The position numbers and the translations under genes are program-made. A stretch of 63,612 nt of DNA, filler included, from Perkinsus olseni (taxonomy: Eukaryota), in assembly GCA_013115125.1 (NCBI GenBank). It is 19 parts of 19 records of this genome, joined end to end, with 100 filler letters (N's around TTAATTAATTAA, not from the genome) between each part and the next. Parts side by side here need not be neighbours in the genome. Positions count along the whole stretch, not along the records: positions 10,236 to 13,534 come from JABANN010001426.1; positions 13,635 to 16,927 come from JABANN010001427.1; positions 17,028 to 20,304 come from JABANN010001429.1; positions 20,405 to 23,672 come from JABANN010001430.1; 15 more parts are not named here. The stretch is one strand, 5' to 3'. The notes beneath the pieces were generated by a model, which was given only the letters and a program-made list of their open reading frames with translations, was not told where the DNA came from and did no database searches. Numbering within the stretch: the first letter of the stretch is position 1; every line of letters starts with the position of its first letter. Positions 10,579 through 21,992 of the stretch are shown piece by piece.

Positions 10579-13462
10579 GCTGTAACGTTCTCCCCGTAAC
10601 TATGCTTTCTAAAGATGAAAATTATACAGCCCAACTACCTCATGTACAAGTATTTATCCTATCTCGCCCTTTGACTGCGTTATTGGACTCTGGTTCGGTG
10701 ATATCATTACTAAGATATGATCTCTGGGCGACATTATGTACAAGTCAATCTGATCGGTATTCACTGCAACCAGCACAACAACGTCTTGTAACTGTGAACA
10801 ATGAAGATTTGATGACGCAAGGATTGGTCACGCTACCTTTGCGACTTGGTTCCAATTCCTACTCTTCGCGATTTTATGTGGTTACACAGTTACCGGCTGA
10901 ACTCATACTAGGTTCAGATTTCCTTCGTCTTTCAAGATCGTCTCTTGATTTCGCATCATCCACATTGGTCTGTGGATCGCATACTCGTCTACCCTTCCTG
11001 GTTAATTCTGTACGAGGTGCAGAACAGTCTCGTCATTCCCTTTATGGAGATCGTCAATTATCTGTTTATAGAGAGCCCTCTGGTCGGTTCTCAGTCTCTT
11101 GGCATTGGTTATCTACACCTCCTAAGTCTCTATCTGGTCCCGAACCGTTTCTGTCTCGATTAGATGCGGATCATCAACGATTCTTTCATGAACAAGTCAA
11201 GTACTACATTGATCACGATATTATTGAGGAGATATCTCCGGCTACTTTGGCAACTTTCGGTTCCGACTTCAACTTCTTGAAATGGTTTGGTGTAGCCCAA
11301 AAGTCCAAGTCTACACCGTCACGTCCTATCTGGGATTTTCGTCCCATTAATGCTTGTATTTATCATGGGCCTATGAGGCAGCAACTACTGAGTCAAGTCC
11401 AACAACTACTACGAATTGGTACTACTATCATATCTATTGATATTAGTAAAGCCTTTCTGGCGATTTCTTTGGAGAAGCCTCTAAGAAGATATACTCTATT
11501 CCGTTATTGTTCGAAGATATACCAACACAAAAGGTTGGGGTTCGGAGCGAGCTGTGCTCCCCATGCTCTAGAGATATGTCTACGTCTACTTTTTCGAAGT
11601 GCAAACTTATATGAGAGGTTACGTGAAGGAGGCTGGCAACTCATTCAGTATATGGATGATCTGTTCTTGGTTATGATATCGCCTACTCCTGTTATGTCTC
11701 CGTCGGAGGTTACTAACTTAATTCTGTCAGTACTACGTCAAGCATGTTTCGAAGTTCAACCCCAAAAGACTTGCTTCTTGACGACAAGAAGCTCAGAGAA
11801 GCTCCTCATCCAGAAGAAGGATGAGGTGAAGCCTATGAAGGAGGCGTTATTGGTTGGGATACTTTATAGTAAGGAAGGGAATACGGTGTCCTATCCAGCA
11901 GTACAACTTCAAGTTCCTGATGCTACATAAGGTCCTTTAACTCGCCGAAGACTCCTTGGAGTTGTATCTAAGCTTCGAGATCCTCTTCTTATACGGCCCC
12001 TCTGTAATGTGGTCACTAATCATCTGAAGCACATTATTGGTTCCATGACTTATACTTGGGACGAGCAGTTCTTGAAAAAGGATACATCTCTATGGATCGA
12101 TCGTCTTTCTCGTCTGGAAGATTTTAATAAGGTGGAGTCCTCGAGTGCTGCTGGCTGTCTCTCTCCTTCGGGTATACTGGTGATCTATGTCGATGCGCCT
12201 ACAACTGGTTTCTCGTGGTTGGCNNNNNNNNNNNNNNNNNNNNNNNNNNNNNNNNNNNNNNNNNNNNNNNNNNNNNNNNNNNNNNNNNNNNNNNNNNNNN
12301 NNNNNNNNNNNNNNNNNNACATCAATTACCTTGAGCTTTTAGCGTCTGTCCGTGCCTGCAATTATGCTGATAGTCATTATGTTCGTACTTATTATCCGTC
12401 TTCAATCTACCATGTGGTGGACTCACAGACATGTTACCGTCAACTTATCTCTGGACGAGCCCATCAATCTTCTCATAGTGCGGCCTTGTGTCAGCGTCAG
12501 CTGAGCTATCATGCTGAATTAGTCGCTGATGCACATTGGAGGCATTATAATGTTGTATTAGTATCCACTAAATTCAATTTGGCCGATCGTGGGACACGAT
12601 TGGATTCTGTATTTGATTATGTTCTGCATGGGAATGGCACTGTCTCTTCTTCTGATATTCTAGACTATACGGCTCCTTCGTCGCTTTCAGAACAACAATT
12701 CCAACAATTACAAGATCTACTGCATCCAACAGTCACTGATGTCGCCAGTGAATCTACTTCAGTTGTACCAGTAGCTTATGGTCCTACTGCGCCGGTATGT
12801 TCTGTCTCTATTATTGACGATGATGGTCCTCTTCCTCTTGCTGAAGTGTTGAAAGCCCAGTCCGAGGACCCCGTCTATCTTGAACTGCACCGTATACTGG
12901 TTGCTCAGGACCCTGACTGGTCGTTACCAAGAGATGCCTCTGCTGAATTGAAGTCCTATGTTAGGTATCGAGCTGAACTTGCAGTAAGCGATGGCTTATT
13001 AGTTCGTACATACGCTCCATATCCGTATTATGATCCGTTGAAGCTTCCACTGATACCCCAAGTTCTCCGTCATCGACTTCTAGCAAGTGCTCATAATGAT
13101 GGTCATTTTGGTGGTGATACTCTCCATGATATGCTAGTCAAGATATGTTTTTGGCCTACGTTACGGAAAGATTGCATCTCCTTCGTCAAATCTTGTCCGG
13201 CATGTGTCTTAAGAAGTAAGAACGTCACCCCTGCCCCACTACGACTTCATTATGCTACACGACCGTGGCAAGTAGTATCTGTTGATGTCCTGAGTATTGA
13301 CAACAACAAGCTGTTGACGCTCTGTTGTCATTTTAGTAAATGGGCGGTAGCGGTGGTTCTTCCGGCTGAAACCGCTACTGCTACTACTGCGGCTCTAACT
13401 CGTATATTTTATACCCTTGGAGTACCGTTTACACTTATAAGTGATCGTGGGAGTAATTCTAA
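10530..13462 (+). mobile_element. LTR retrotransposon pol (PR-RT-RH-IN), one in-frame TAA at 11928-11930, truncated in the integrase core
   Basis: LLDSGS protease; RT IDISKAF, RLGFGASCAP, YMDD; the same frame resumes after TAA (LTRRRLLGVVSKLRDP); RNase H YVDA, INYLELLA, NLADRGTR; integrase HNDGH...CPAC, VDV, SDRG, then unrelated sequence. Confidence 0.9.
10551..10631 (+). promoter_or_regulatory. Programmed -1 ribosomal frameshift signal (G GGA AAC plus predicted pseudoknot)
   Basis: Slippery heptamer at 10551-10557 in the gag frame; pol is in the -1 frame. 6-nt spacer; stem 1 GGGAGAAC (10564-71)/GTTCTCCC (10587-94); loop GGCTGTA (10578-84) pairs with TACAGCC (10625-31). Confidence 0.8.
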
Positions 13463-13634
13463 TGTGGCGCACGACGCAGTTTGTGCGCACGTACACTACA
13501 GGAGCCGCACGCAAGCACAATGGCCGCCGCTCAANNNNNNNNNNNNNNNNNNNNNNNNNNNNNNNNNNNNNNNNNNNNTTAATTAATTAANNNNNNNNNN
13601 NNNNNNNNNNNNNNNNNNNNNNNNNNNNNNNNNN

Positions 13635-13706
13635 TCTCCATCGCAGCCCAATATCTCCGGATCTTGTGTTACACTTCTAGCAGCTCAGCTGCGAGTGTTG
13701 CTAGAT
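13635..13706 (+). repeat. 72-bp repeat, perfect inverted copy of 16856-16927; candidate mobile-element terminus
   Basis: Exact reverse complement of the other end of this scaffold; truncates the RT frame just before the expected YxDD. Confidence 0.9.
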
Positions 13707-15243
13707 GTGGGAGTCCGCTACAAGGCAATGGTTTCGGGCAACGGCTCTCAAGATAGGACATACAAAGCTCTAACGTGAGTGGTGCCACGGAACTTCCATA
13801 AATAAGGTAGACAAATCGCCACACAGGGTAGATCTTGTGAAACCACCAAATTTCCAACTTACTGGACATAGTTGCGCCGCAGTGGATGCACATGAATGCA
13901 TCCCGCACGTCCAGCAAGTGAGCTGCTTCGGCACATCGTAGACGGTGAATGACAGACGTGATTCGGCTCTGCGGGTTGGGAAGTTTATACTTCGCCATGG
14001 CCAAACGGAGTAAACCATTGAGCTTCACAAGGGGCGTGACTACCCGGTATCGTTTCCTTCCACGGGTTCCGTAAAAATTAGAACGAAACAGGTTGCTCTT
14101 AGCGTTCGGTACAGCGATCAATTTTTTGTTAGTCACAAACTTCTCCAACTGGGCAGTGCATTCTCTTCGGCAGACCTCGTCGGCTTTTGCCCATTTCCAG
14201 TGGATCTTGGGCACGGGCTGCATCTGCAAGCCATCCAACCAGTCACCGAACTCGGTCGAAAAGTCACTAAGAAAATAGAAAGTGCCATCGTTTTTGCGGT
14301 GCACACTTACTCTATACCACACCCCATCATAAATGACATGCTCAATGGGATCACTAACTGGGGCAAACGTCGAGGATTTGAAATCCGGGACAGTAACGTT
14401 ACTCGTCACCTTCAAGGCGTCGTCATTAGCGTCATCATTACTATCCAGACAGTCGTCGTCATCGTCAGCAGTAGGGCCAGTTATAGTTGGAAGGCGTTGA
14501 AAGGGGATGGAGCTTACGGGCTGAAGGGTATCCATCTCGGGCCGAGTACACCAGAATAGAGCCAAGTCCATAGTGCCTTCTGGCAGAGAGATTTCCAAAC
14601 CACGTTCACCGAAAATAATGAGGTCTTTGCCAAGTAAACCGTCACACTGAGGTATTGCCGTGTCAACTACATACGGCTGCCAGTCCATTTTGTGAGACTC
14701 ACCATCCGAGTCAATGATGGTGATAGTGACATATACCCGACGACTTGCATGTAATGACTTAGACCCTGAAGCGGTGGTAAAAGACTGGTCAACCTTAATC
14801 ACATCGTTTATCAGCTTTGCTTGGGATAGAACATCGAAAGCATGGGCCGATATAATGGACATGCTACACCCTGTATCAATTTCGATAAAAACACCGCGAA
14901 GGTCAGGGCTCCTCAGAGTTCGTTTCTCATCGGACGAGCCGTGAATGACCTTATGGGCGGTTGGTTCCGCAGGCTTAGCCGGGCTGGTCACAGTAGGGGT
15001 AGTCGTAGTAGATGCTTCAGATTTGACGGCCTTCTTAATCTCCTCCAGGGATACATGCTTGAAAGAACAATCATCGCGCCGACACAGGTGGGACTTAGCG
15101 TACTGGAAGCAGATCTTCTGTGCCCGAATGTAAATAGTTAAACTCCTCTGTTGAGAAGGAAGGAGGGACCCGAGCTGCTTCGGCAGGCTGATCAGCTTTT
15201 CCTGTTGGTCGGCTGCCGCCTTTACCAGGGGGTGGGCGAACAC
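13707..15243 (-). mobile_element. LTR retrotransposon ORF: CCCH zinc finger, aspartic protease and partial RT
   Basis: CFQYAKSHLCRRDDCSFKH (15055-15111); IEIDTGCS...GLLGKD protease; RT LLDVRDAF and LIYGSSVAP. Confidence 0.85.
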
Positions 15244-16099
15244 GATTCAACCGGCAATATCTGGCGAGCTCGCATGCCAATTCTGGGGCATGTAGAGTTG
15301 AAGCATAGTACTCGTTCGCAATCTTGGCATAAACCGATAGCAGGCCTCGACGAAAATAGCGACCAGTTTGTTCTTCAGTGACGTTAAGGTGACAGGACTG
15401 TGCTTGAGCAGCTTCATTCGTCACTCTCTCAAGAAAGGTGAAGATGTTCTCGTCGTCCTTCTGCTTCATATCATTTAGCCGACTTTCATGATAGGAGGCG
15501 TCGTCGCTGCTGCTGTAAGTCTCACAGAGATACGCGATGGCATAGTCCAACATAATGCGATAGTCCTTCATCCATTCGGTGGCGGTACATAGCTGGCGGA
15601 CATTGGCAATCAACGTTCCGCGAGCTGAGGGGGCGAAGGCTTTAGTGACATAGAGCCATGATGCTTTTGGTTGTAGACCATGAAGTTGGGCTTCGTCATT
15701 AAGTTGTTGTACGAACCAGCTTATAGAGCGACTCTCCCCATATCCCTGATAAGGCTTGCCGCCAGGTAGTGGTATATCCTTGATCAGGTTAGACATTTTG
15801 CTGACTGTCAGTGTATCAGCATCAGAGGCTTCGGTCTTCCAGCTCAGTGTTGAGCGCTGTTGGCTCATGCCAGTCGAGCGTATAGACGGTAGAGACACAC
15901 TCGCTGCTTCACTCGGTGATAGCTGAGGAGTAGGGGGCAACTGCGAGGCGACTGACTTGTTCACAGTAGGAGAGGTCGGGGGTTTACCATCGCCGCCATC
16001 GCGTTTACGCATACGAGACATATGATATCGCCAAGCGAGGACGTCACCCAGCTTAGCAGAACCTGTAAGGTTATACTGTATATAGGGAAGTTTGCCCAA
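15095..16099 (-). CDS. Retrotransposon gag (capsid-like)
   Basis: 334-aa ORF directly upstream of protease/RT; MKQKDDENIFTFLERV resembles the major-homology-region motif (Q...E....F..R). Confidence 0.75.
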   Translation of the reverse strand: MGKLPYIQYNLTGSAKLGDVLAWRYHMSRMRKRDGGDGKPPTSPTVNKSVASQLPPTPQLSPSEAASVSLPSIRSTGMSQQRSTLSWKTEASDADTLTVSKMSNLIKDIPLPGGKPYQGYGESRSISWFVQQLNDEAQLHGLQPKASWLYVTKAFAPSARGTLIANVRQLCTATEWMKDYRIMLDYAIAYLCETYSSSDDASYHESRLNDMKQKDDENIFTFLERVTNEAAQAQSCHLNVTEEQTGRYFRRGLLSVYAKIANEYYASTLHAPELACELARYCRLNRVRPPPGKGGSRPTGKADQPAEAARVPPSFSTEEFNYLHSGTEDLLPVR

Positions 16100-16142
16100 A
16101 CCTTATTAACCAGCTCAAGGACCAGACTGTATACGGATACCA

Positions 16143-16355
16143 AATACTAGTACGGTCGGAACACGTACCAAGCAATAGATATACGATTGTAGTTAGCAAT
16201 GGTTTCTACGTGAACTATAGTTTTGAGTTATTCAATAGCTTAGCTTGGGACACGCTTTGCGATACCTTCGGTCAGCGTCTGTTCGTACACAAAAGGGGAC
16301 AGGATTACGTGCGGTCGGTATGCGTGCCATTATAGCTACGCCTCCTGGCACCACA
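16143..16355 (-). repeat. Putative LTR (~210 bp) with a polypurine tract on its 5' side and a TGG-starting PBS-like site on its 3' side
   Basis: Minus strand reads GGCAGGGAGGGAAA|TGTGGTGCC...; TGGTATCC begins at 16142, ~45 nt before the gag ORF. The 3' LTR boundary is uncertain. Confidence 0.45.
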
Positions 16356-16855
16356 TTTCCCTCCCTGCCAAGACGATGACCAGGGTATCGAAGCGGTCAG
16401 ACAGCATAAAAAATCAAAATCAAAATTCAAATCACACGAACTATCATCCTTCAGCAGCTTCATCTTCGTCTTCAATAATCTCACTAATCTCCATCGTAGA
16501 AGTCGGTCGGGTTACAGACGTTCGACTTGCGGCAACTTGACCGGGCCAGTGGTGAGAACCATAAAAACCTTCACTTAACGCCTCAACGGCTCACGATGAT
16601 AGCCGCGGTCGGCGGAACCCTGCGTGACCTTATCCAGAGTTGTGGTGTCGGTCAGGACGTGCTTGGCCTCCCCAGCGACGTCGGTCAGTAGGCGGACGAA
16701 GTTAGGCATAAACCCGGTCGGAAGCTGAAGTGCGGAGGCTCTAGAATGGTACCAATAACGTAAAATAAGCAGGTAACGAAGCTTCCGTAACGGGTGCTGG
16801 CCGTTACCAAATCGGCACATTTGACCTAAAAGTGCACGAAAAGTGCAGAAACTTT

Positions 16856-16927
16856 ATCTAGCAACACTCGCAGCTGAGCTGCTAGAAGTGTAACACAAGA
16901 TCCGGAGATATTGGGCTGCGATGGAGA
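16856..16927 (-). repeat. 72-bp inverted copy of 13635-13706
   Basis: Exact reverse complement. Confidence 0.9.
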
Positions 16928-17091
16928 NNNNNNNNNNNNNNNNNNNNNNNNNNNNNNNNNNNNNNNNNNNNTTAATTAATTAANNNNNNNNNNNNNNNNN
17001 NNNNNNNNNNNNNNNNNNNNNNNNNNNCCCAGGCTCGCTGATGTGTCGCTTGCGCGACAGTTTATGGTTTTTGGCAAACCCGGCGCCTTAC

Positions 17092-20001
17092 CACCTAGAC
17101 GACATCCTCGTGTTCTCGCCCGACGCCGAGACTCACGAGGACCACTTGAGACAAGTCTTCGCACGCTTGCGTGCGTGGGGCTTGACGTTGTCCGCCGAGA
17201 AGTGCGAGTTCGGATGCCCTGCTGTGCCCTATCTAGGACACATTTTTGATGGTAGCGGCATGAGACCTGACCCCACTAAGGTCGAGGCGATTTTGAGGTG
17301 GCCACGCCCTTGCAATGTTGCTGAGATAAGATCATTCTTGGGTCTCGCCGGCTACTACCGCAACTTCGTCCCTAACTTCTCGGACGTGGCACGACCAATT
17401 CAACGACTGGTGTCGGAGGTGGGAAGTGAGACAGTGCCCTTGGATACTTACGGGGGGGAGGAGCAAGAGAAGTCCTTTCGGGCTCTTAAGCTTCGCCTCG
17501 CAGCCTTGCCCTTCCTGGCTTACCCCGATTTCGATGCGCCCTTTGAGCTGTACACTGACGCGAGCGATTATGCCATCGGGGCTGTCCTTATGCAAGATGG
17601 GAGGCCCTTGGGGTTCTTCAGTAGAACGTTGACGGGCTCACAGCTCAATTGGCACACTTACGAGAAGGAAGCATACGGTATCCTTCAAGCCCTTATTCAC
17701 TTCCAGCACTATCACATCGGCTACCCCTTGACGGTCACGGTGTATACGGATCACGAGCCCTTGACATGGCTCGCTAAGGCCGGCTCGAAGAAATTGGAGC
17801 GATGGCTTCTAGCCATGCAAGCGTATTCCTTTACTGTGAAATACGTGCCAGGTAAGAAAAATGTGTGTGCTGATGCTCTTTCCAGGATACGCCGTCTCGA
17901 TGACAAGGCCCTGCCGATGGAAACGATGAAGTCGAATGCACCCCCGACAAGGTCAGCAAAGGACGCCGACACTACCCAGGCCCTTGCATCTGTCGTGGCC
18001 GCCCGCCGGCAATTAGCCGCTTGTATAACGGCGTTGTCGACACGGTGGTCCACGGACGATATACTGCGAGAGCAAGATAGTGACGACGTCACTAGGAAGG
18101 TAAAGGAACGTCTGGCTGACCCGTTGCCCTTACGTAGGACCGAGCTGACTGACCTCTCCTTCCGCCCTTACAAGCAGTTGTGGGATCAACTGGATGTGCT
18201 AGATGGCCTCCTTGTGCGCCGTCGCAAGTTCAACAATGAACGAGAACCCCGAGTTCTACCAGTGATTCCACCTGCCCTGAGAGCCGACGTTGTGGACTCT
18301 TACCACGAGGAAGATGGACATTTTGCAGTGCGCAAAACTCTCGACAAGCTCAAGTTGCACGCCTATTGGCCTGGGATGGGCACCGACCTCCTCAATCACG
18401 AGAAGACATGCCCTAGATGTACCCAAGTCAAGGCGACTGTCCCCCGAGCGCCCTTGGGAGTCATGCCCATCGGCAAGCCCTGGGACTTGATAGCCATCGA
18501 CCACTTAAAGGTCCCCCCCAACGACGATAATATTCGGTCCTTGCTGGTAGTCCAAGACTACTTCACGCGGTGGGCTACGGCCATACCGGTGAAGTCTGAG
18601 GACACCACAGAGGTGGTAAGAGCCCTTCTTGATCTTTTCAGCGTCTTCGGCCCTCCTGGTCGCGTGCACAGCGACCAGGGCTCAGCGTTTGAGTCGAATG
18701 TCCTTAGAGTTGTCCTTGAGCGTTTAGGAGTCGAGAAAAGCCATACCACTCCGTACCACCCCTCTGGGGATGAACTGGTCGAGCGCTTTAACCGATCACT
18801 GATCGGCCTCCTCCGTACTCATGTCACCGACTCTCGCCAATGGCCGATATACCTTCCCTCGCTGTTGTGGCACTACAATAGTTCTGTCCACTCAGCGACC
18901 AGGTTTGCGCCTTACACATTGATGTTCGGCCGTGAGCCGAAGTCTGTCTTTTTGCCCTCTTTGCAGGCCCTTGATCAGTTCTCTTTTGACCCATTCGGGT
19001 ATAACGAGTACGTTAAGGCCCTTACGATCCATCTTGAGGATCTTGTTGATCTCACCCATGCTTCCGCCTCCGCCGCAGCCCGAGCTTATTACGACAAGAA
19101 GGCCACTGCACGTCAATTCTACATTGGACAACGTGTACTAGTACGACGCCTTGGCCCTCAAGCCGGCAACAAGCTTGAGCCTAAGTGGAGCCCCGGTTGG
19201 TTCGTGGTTGGTCAAATGCCCAGCCAAGAGAACAAAGTCCTCAAGCTCAAGCACCAAGAGACGCTTCAAGTTCGTGTCCTGTCGGCTGACTACGTTGCTA
19301 TCGACCCCACTCAGCCCGACGCCGTTCCTGATGCCCTTGGTATTATACGACAAGATCCACTACTACGCCCTGGATCACCACTACCCGACCCCGATCTCAA
19401 CAACGCCACCGGTCCTGAACCCCCTGTACGACCCGATGTCATCACCGACAATCAGATTCCAGGAGATGGTCTACCTTGCGACCCCTTGGCTGGCCCTGAG
19501 ATTCCCCCTGATCCCGATGCTCAGCTACAATTTGAAGTCGACTTCCCACTACAACGAAACGCAAGACAAGAACCCCCGTCGGAAACGATAAGTACGGCGA
19601 CTCCTGATGATGTCCCTGCTAGACGCAGCGGTGGCCCTCATCAAGCGGAAGAGGGGAGGGGAGGCGCCCTTGACGGACGCGTTGAGGCTTCGCCTTCTCA
19701 GACTCGTTCTGGTCCTTCACGCCTACAGACTGACGACGACACCGACAACAGCGAGTTTCAATCTGCGACTTCCCCGACCTCTCAATCGGCGACTTCACCA
19801 AGTTCCCCGTCAGATGCTCCGCCGACTCCTGTGACACCGCCCCCTGAGGAAACGGCTGGCGCCCCTGAAACGCCTAGCGCCCCCGAAACGGCTGGTGCCC
19901 TTGAAACGGTTGGTCGACCTCTAGGACGTGGGCAACGTACGAGGAACCCGAGAGAGAGATTTGATCCCCAAGATTATGTACCATTAGCAAGACGTCAGTA
20001 G
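17092..20001 (+). mobile_element. Ty3/Gypsy LTR retrotransposon pol, 5'-truncated (RT C-term, RNase H, integrase, Pro/Ser-rich tail)
   Basis: LDDILVFS, SFLGLAGYYRNF, YTDASDYAIGAVL, YEKE, TDHEPL, NVCADALSR; HHCC (H...GHF...CPRC); DH, DYFTRW, SDQG, LVERFNRSL. Confidence 0.95.
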
Positions 20002-20404
20002 AATTGCCCTTTTGTGCGTACGCTGTATAATTGCACGCGCGTGTTGTCTATTTTTCTGTGTCACGTCACGGGCCACACCATTGTCCTTTTGGCCCTTGTT
20101 TCGGAATGTGAGAGTTATCGATGTCTTGACCGATCGCTTCTACAGCGCCCTTTTCCCCCTCACATGGATCCCTGGTCCTATTACGATTTGGAGGTTCTCA
20201 AGCAAACACCGGCAAATGAGCGGGACGGGATAAGTGCGAAACTCCCGTTTTGGATCTTCTGAAGGTTTTCCCTCTCGCTCCCGTCCCGTGGCGGGAGAGC
20301 GAGTNNNNNNNNNNNNNNNNNNNNNNNNNNNNNNNNNNNNNNNNNNNNTTAATTAATTAANNNNNNNNNNNNNNNNNNNNNNNNNNNNNNNNNNNNNNNN
20401 NNNN

Positions 20405-21032
20405 TGTACCCGTGAAAGGGTGCTGGAGTCAAATAAAGAAGATTACCGTTCCCCTGTCGCGACTCACTCTCATCGATTCATCTGGAAAGCGGTGGAAGCG
20501 AAAGAAGCGTTATGCTAGCATTTGGGTGAAGCACAAGAACGTGGTCGGCTACGTGGACACCGGTGCGACGTCCATCGACGTCTCTCACAAGGAGCTCGAG
20601 GGTATCGTAAAACTTACTGTTAGTGCGATGCGCCAGAATCAACAAGAACTGAATTCCCAGATTGGAGATAAGCTCGTATGGAAGGATCCAAAAACGCGCC
20701 TCTACATGGTTAGGAGGGAAGCCGTCCCTTATTTGCCTACGCTTGTCTATTATGTCGGGGACAAACCGAACCGGATGGAAATCAGAATACAACCGAAGCA
20801 TCTTGTCTCTGGATGTGATCTTCGGCGCTGTCAATTTGACATCTCTCCTTCCCCCGACGGGAGCATTTGCCTCGGGCATCCTCTGTTCCGCGCCTACGAT
20901 GTGAAATTCGACTTATCGAACTATCTACTCTACTTCTCTCCCCACAGATCGAATTCGGGGAGTGTTGGTCAGCCTCAGGACACCCATTCCGGCGGCAACG
21001 AGCTCCCTATGGTTGGGCAGCAGCTAATCTAG
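20405..21032 (+). CDS. Pepsin-like (A1) aspartic protease, C-terminal lobe (5'-partial)
   Basis: YVDTGAT catalytic motif; ICLGHPLFRAYDVKFDLSN typical A1 C-terminus; paralog of 21993-23672. Confidence 0.85.
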
Positions 21033-21992
21033 CGATGGACTTGATGTGTGTCGCATTCACCATCCACTATAGCCGTTGTGGTTATGAGGCTGACGAGACA
21101 CATGTCTGAGCTGTGAATGATGTTATAGTTGAAAACACGCTTCCGAGATTGCGTTGGATTTCAGCTTTTGTCTGGAGTGGACTCAATGCCGAAAGCCACG
21201 AAAAAAAGAGAAAGAGACCTCCCGCTCCAAGTTGGAGCCTCCAACGATTCCCCGGCCGGGTAGTTTATTCTGCATAGACCGTCGATGGAATGCTGAGGCT
21301 GAGACCGAGCAACGGGATAAGCTTCAACGACGCCTCAGTTCTACGGGTATTGCACGTCGATGACGTGACGTCGTTCGCCCGTTTCCCACCGAGTGCAACC
21401 AATGTTTCACGGTGAAACTTTCACCAGTGCGATCTCGGCTGCCTGCAACCCTGGTAGCCAGTGAGTTGGTGTCGCTAGACGGACTGGACTCGTGGAGAAG
21501 CCTGCTGGGCTGGGCACTCCGAGTAGCCTGCGGGCATGTTGACAGCGACACACAATGACTCGTGACTTTCAAGGCTGCCCCAAGTGCACGTGTACCAACC
21601 TCGTTCCGACGACGAGATGCAACCTTTGGTCCCGATCGGCCGAGGGTCTGGCTGCTTACTCGCGGCGCTGAGAGATGGAGGGCATGTTGTTGCCGCGGCT
21701 GCCGACGCAGCTCTACGGGAAACGAACTTGATCCTGTCCCTCGTGCAATATGCAATTTCCGTTTGGTTTGAGCACGCATTACTTTCCAAGCATGGCATCC
21801 TCGAATACGTGGGAGCGAACTGACTAACGATTCCGCCAGCGTGCCGCTAGGGCGTCACCTACAGCAAGGATTAGCACACCCTATTGATGTGATGCAACCG
21901 TTGCATTGCAACGGCACAGCGTAGCGAGGTAGCTCATTTCGCAGTTTCGTCCGCAAGTATTTGTCTATCATCTCAAGACTCTATTTCCCACC

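Noticed and set aside
20270-20304. GC-rich hairpin as a terminator
   Set aside because: Eukaryotic retrotransposon context, imperfect stem, truncated by the scaffold end.
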